From Thalia democratica (Eukaryota), in NCBI GenBank assembly GCA_965202585.1, contig OZ241829.1:26350001-26414000 (forward strand): DNA of 64,000 nt, written 5' to 3'. The notes below the pieces were generated by a model. The model ran no database searches, was not told the DNA's origin, and saw nothing but the letters and a program-made list of their open reading frames with translations. This document shows positions 59,101 through 64,000 of the stretch, one piece after another; position 1 is the first letter of the stretch; the number at the start of each line of letters is the position of its first letter. Position numbers and translations under genes: made by a program.

Positions 59101-61120
59101 TGACCTCGTTAGTGGAGTGTTGAATGGTCGGGATGGAGTCGGGGCATCGGGTAACTTTGTAAATGTTTTTGAAATTTGTTACTACACTTTTGGTCATTAA
59201 AACAAAAACACTTCTTAAGTTATATAAAATAACTAACAAAAGACTTTAGTTTCTAACTTATATGTAGAAAAAAATTGGTAACTATATACACAAAAAATGT
59301 AATAAATTACGCGAATAGCAGTTTCCGATTTCTCCTTGCCAAGTTCCGTTTTCCGCGCACACTTTCTGGTCGTTTTCGCTCGGAAGTATCTCGTAATTAC
59401 GATTCTTGCAAAAGTAACTCACAACTGTCCCGTTTAGGTGAACGGGTCCGACTCCGGAGTTTACTTTAAATGCAAGTTTGGGAGGCAATCCGCAATCTTA
59501 AAGAAAAAATTGTTAAGAGGTCATAAAAAACGTTAAACTATGTTTTCTCTATTTAAACAAGGAAGATTAGTATATAAAAGAAATCTTTTAACTCTTATGA
59601 GGAGCTACAACCTTTAAAAGTAAAGCTTACAAAAAATACTTACGTTTAACAAAACTTGAATTTTAAAAACTCAATTTTTTGAATTTGATAATCAAAAATT
59701 ACATATATATTCTTTTTCTTGACTTGGTTATTAAGCATCTTGCAAAAAAAAACAAGACAAAATTTAATATTTTTGCAGCCCTTCACTTACTTCTAACGCA
59801 CTGTGGAAGCTGCGGCTCAAAATTTCCGCTTCTTGCGTTGCATTTCAGCGTAGCAACAAAATCCGGGTGAATTGCAAAATCTTCGTTGCAAGTATATTTG
59901 ATTTCTTGGTGAACTTTTAATTCACCGGCTGCGCTGCTTGCTACCTGGTATGTGGAGTTAAAGTATCCGTCATCGATGTCAAGTGGAGTACCGCAGTCTG
60001 TTTATAAACTAATTTGTAAAACTATTTTGTATCAAAATTTGGAGCAGTGTTAAAAAACTTAACTTTATGTATAAACTCTTTAGAAAAATCAACTACTTTG
60101 TCGTTATTAAATGCTGACAGGATTCAGATAAAATTTTTTACTCGTAAAACTGAAGCTTACTTTTATAACACAAAGGAAAAGTCACATTCCAATTTCCGTT
60201 TTCTAAGCATTCTGCAGTTGATTTTCCCACGTCACTGATGACGTAGTTTCCATTGCATCTAAACCCCACCACGTCACCGGTAAAGTACCCCTTCCTTTCA
60301 CTTTCAATATGCTTTTTTACTACAAAACTTCGAGCCTCAGCATAACCAACATTACTGCATTCTGAAAAAAATATATAATTTATTTGTATATAAAGAAGGA
60401 CTAAACAGAAAAACAACTATACTGAACGTTTTTAATACAAGTCATTTTACAATCATTTCCATTTTTTTAAAATTGTGAATTTACTTCGCAAGCAGTGAAA
60501 CTCAGATTCGTTCCAGGATCCTCCAATCAAGCAACGAGATACCGTGTCAGCATCTTTGGGTATTAGAAAGTGATCCTTCTCGCAACTGAACGAAGCAGAT
60601 CTTTCGATGATCAACGAGTCAGTAATATTCAACTTGTCCACAATCTTAATTGCGTTAGACACGTTCCTTGATTCTCTGCAATCTGCAGTTTGTTAAAAGC
60701 TCATTAAGTTTAGTTTGAATCTAGTTAAAAACAAACATGTTTTTATGACAATCTTATCAAAAGAAGTTTTATAACTTTTGACAAGAATACTCTTGATTAA
60801 AAGCTCTACAAAATTCTTTAATTGTTACGAATGGTTAAACATTTTTTTATAGTTTCAAAGAACAAACTAGTTAAATACAAAAATAATGATTCATCGATTC
60901 ATTAACACCACACACTAACCTGGGTAACAATGAAAATTCGGAGCCCACTCGCCGTCCACGTCACACTCGACAACGGAAGCGCCTGTGACGTAATGGTCAC
61001 TGCACCTGTACGTGAGACGGCTGCCGTGCACGAGCACTTCTTCGCCCCCGGCATCAACTCTGGTGACGTTTTCCGTTGCGTGCAAGCCGGAATTGTTGAA
61101 TTGAGGGATGGCGTCGCACT
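41102..61120 (-). CDS. Giant sushi/CCP-repeat + C-type lectin protein (34 complete CCP exons, 1 partial, 1 CTLD); 5' start not identified, 3' end disrupted
   Basis: Phase 1-1 exons each with the C..C..W..C CCP pattern: 61120-60920, 60682-60485, 60361-60161, 59997-59791, 59496-59311, 59154-58939, 57898-57704, 57003-56806, 22 array exons (56541-43799), 43417-43232, 42791-42585; CTLD exons 42476-42350 and 42251-41968 (YTGINDLNTEGEYKFLDG...WAAGEPTG...EDYVE...FND...AMCEK); CCP 41862-41680, 41578-41375; partial CCP 41256-41102. About 7.0 kb of coding sequence (~2,340 codons). No signal-peptide exon was found with confidence. Confidence 0.88.
43452..56645 (-). repeat. Tandem array of 22 x ~598-bp units, each one 186-bp CCP exon plus ~412-bp intron
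   Basis: Exons at 43799-43984, 44393-44578, 44991-45176, 45589-45774, 46187-46372, 46787-46972, 47385-47570, 47983-48168, 48581-48766, 49179-49364, 49777-49962, 50375-50560, 50973-51158, 51571-51756, 52169-52354, 52767-52952, 53366-53551, 53964-54149, 54562-54747, 55160-55345, 55758-55943, 56356-56541. Each has a ttcctttcaag acceptor and gtaagt donor and encodes CPPAPNDLLNGSVADVTKHTEWNHTAVYQCNEDFTLFPASDNERKCDSDGKWTGKLGECKP. Confidence 0.95.
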
Positions 61121-61775
61121 CTTTATTGTGTTTACAAATATTTAATGTTGCTTTTCAGAATGGTTAATACAGGGTTCGTGCGCAATTTTTTTTTATTTAG
61201 CCTGACTGAGACCAATTTAGCCTGACATCTTTTCAAAGTAAGGAAAATACCCTTTAAAAGTCATTTTAGGTATTTGGGGGTCTCGATTAGTACTATTATA
61301 GTTACTGACTTCAACCAGCTTTATCTCAAAAATATTTTGAGCTATAAAAATCTGCAAAAAGCAACTCATAGCTTAGAATAGTTATAACTCAATAAAATAA
61401 GACTAAATTGTGAAAAAGGTAATTGACCCCCCTATGCCCTTAACATAACAAATTCAGTAATAAGTTTTAAAATAATTTTTACTAAACACAATTGTTCAAT
61501 TTAATTAAGCACTAAGTAAAAACATTATAACCAGAATATTTATAATAAAACGACGTGCATTGTCGTGTTTTATTAAAATTTAAAATTAAACGCTTACATG
61601 AGTATTAAAATAAGTAAAAAATGTTTATTTTAGTACTTTGACTGTTACTTAAAATTGATACATAATCATAAATCCTAAACTCTAAATATTTAAGTCATAT
61701 CAGATTTAAAAAGCTTACACTTAAATAAAAGAAAAATATTAATATTTGTTTTTGTAAATAAATATGAGTTGTAAC

Positions 61776-63603
61776 TAGTGATGTACCGGACCCACAATTT
61801 CGGGTCCGGCCGGACCCGGATCCGGACTTTTTTTTTCAAATTAGAATCCGGCCGGAACCGGACCCGGACTTTTTTTTCAAATTAGAATCCGGCCGGAACC
61901 GGATCCGGACTTTTTTTTCAAATTACAATCCGGCCGGAACCGGATCCGGACTTTTTTTTCAAATTAGAGTCCGGCCGGAACCGGATCCGGACTTTTTTTT
62001 CAAAATAGAATCCGGCCGGATCCGGATATCAGACAAAAATGGCAATATCCGGCCGGATCCGGACCCGGATAGTGAGTCCAGTACATCACTAGAATAAATT
62101 AGCCTGAGTCAGAATGAGGTTTTCAAAAACTGAAAAAAAAAGAACTTTAATCAAGTAATAAGTAGAACAGCTAGCCACAAGGTTTTTAAATTTAGGTGTT
62201 ATTTACAATTAAAAATCTGAAATCAAGTTCTTGAACAAAATACACTAGAAAATTACAAAATATTGAAAACTGGATTAGCTCAAACTCATTCAAAATCTAA
62301 AAGAAAACTAGCTTGAGTTTATATAAAAAACTAAACTAGCCTGAGGCAGTCCAAGATTTTCTAAAATTCCCAAAAGTTTTCAAACTAGCAGGATTGCCAC
62401 TGTTTAAGTCAATAAAACTAGCTAGAGTGAGTATAAACAAGCCTGAGTCAGAATGAGGTTTTTAAAAACTTAAAAAATTACTTTCTAATAATCAGTAGAA
62501 CAGCTAGCAAAGGTTGACAATTTGGTAGTAAAGTTGTGGACTGATTGTGGTACACTTAACTTATTAGCACTACCCATCATAATTAAATCCTACCTTATTT
62601 AATTAATATCTAACAAATACTAAATTCTAATTGAGACTACTTTCTATAATCAGACACGACAGTTTTGAGTGATGAATCTTTTATATAAAACACAACAAGA
62701 AATACTAGCATATACAACATTATTAATTACTTTGGTAACACTTTAAAAACTGGAAGCTATTTAAATCTATATCAAAAGACTTAAAACAAAACACTAAAAA
62801 ATAAATAAAACTTTTAGTAAACAAGAAACTATAAAATTTTTAATAAACTATTAAACTATAAACCTTGCTTAAATATTTAAACAATTAAACACCTGTTGAA
62901 ATGTTCACTTTTAAAACAAAACACTACTTACAATAAGCATTCACAAAAACGTTCAAGATATTTTGTTGCTTCAAGCTACACACTAAACTAACTAACTGCT
63001 TACATATAAACTGCCTGTCATGTTCTGATGTTTTGTTGCGTCAGTATTTAGTTTGAAACATTTCGTCATATGATTCTCATTGGCTCTTACATTCAACCGT
63101 ATTAACTCTAAATATTCTCTGAGCTCAACTTTAAACAATAAATAATGCAAGTATTCATTCCAAATTTTTCAATTTTACAACATATGTAAACAGTTGCATT
63201 TCATGAAATGTTTATTTCATAGTTTAAATGTAAACAAATGTTAGTAAGTCACGCGTACAAAATGAGCCAATCACGGTAGGGTGTTTGATTTTAACTGACG
63301 AAAATAACTCTTATTAATTTACATAGGGTTTGTTTTTGAAAAAATACTTTTCAGTATGCTCTTTTTTACTAACTAGATCCGGCCGGATCTTTGTTAGGAT
63401 CCGGCCGGACCCGGATCCGGACTTTTTTTACAAATTAGAGTCCGGCCGGAACCGGACCCGGACTTTTTTTTCAAATTAGAATCCGGCCGGAACCGGATCC
63501 GGACTTTTTTTTCAAATAAGAATCCGGCCGGATCCGGATATCAGACAAAAATGGCAATATCCGGCCGGACCCGGACCCGGATAGTGAGTCCGGTACATCA
63601 CTA
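61776..63603. mobile_element. Non-autonomous hAT-type element, 1828 bp, with 8-bp TSD and an internal duplicated right end
   Basis: TIR tagtgatgtaccggac (61776) / gtccggtacatcacta (ends 63603); TSD gttgtaac at 61768-61775 and 63604-63611; ~42-bp CCGG-rich subterminal repeats at 61805-62070 and 63375-63590; extra right TIR ending at 62091. Confidence 0.85.
63073..63275. promoter_or_regulatory. Pair of opposed CCAAT boxes inside the hAT element
   Basis: gattctcattggctc at ~63073-63087 (minus-strand CCAAT) and gagccaatcac at ~63264-63274; motif match only. Confidence 0.25.
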
Positions 63604-64000
63604 GTTGTAACTAAAATTTGTACTCCCACAAAACTTAGTACTTATACCTTAAAGCTAAGTTTTAGTGTTGTGAATATCTCTAATAACTTTAAACAAACAG
63701 TAAAATATATGAATAAACTGCTACGAGTTTTAATCTAAAAAGTATTTGGTATAAAACCTTTAAATTAGAAATTAAAACAGTTCAACCAACTAAGCTCTGA
63801 AAACATAGCTGATGTAAACAAATTCAAACAAACAGCTAAGTAGTTGAACTAAACTGTAATGTTTAAACTGTATTTTTATAATGAATTTTCATAACTATGA
63901 CGTATATAATCTACTCAAAACAAAATAATGAAGATTCTTAAATTTTTTTTAGAGATTCAACAAAAGATTTTAAGCATTTATTTTTACAAATACTAACCAA

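Overview
AT-rich, intron-containing animal (invertebrate-type) genomic DNA with GT-AG introns; the species cannot be determined from the sequence. All exon models were built by hand by reading splice sites and checking phase, and homologies are recalled motif matches, not database hits. Main content: (1) a 12-exon minus-strand gene (15824 to ~7513) encoding a ~660-670 aa type II membrane protein with a Thr-rich mucin stalk, a small Cys-rich module and a C-terminal domain matching, motif for motif, bacterial heparin lyase I (polysaccharide lyase family PL13), i.e. a probable domesticated horizontal acquisition and the most striking item here; (2) a divergently oriented plus-strand gene (20130-~25180) for a compact single-bromodomain + ET-domain BET-like protein, followed by a tandem pseudogene copy (29138-~31510); (3) a decayed Mutator-like element carrying an open OTU/vertnin-like ORF (38907-~41110); (4) a very large minus-strand sushi/CCP + C-type lectin gene (61120 to ~41102) containing a 13.2 kb array of 22 near-identical 598-bp intron+exon units, an in-frame TGA in the lectin exon and a last exon cut off at the Mutator remnant; (5) Penelope and CR1 retroelement remnants, several MITEs, a TSD-bounded composite hAT element, local tandem and inverted duplications and one assembly gap.
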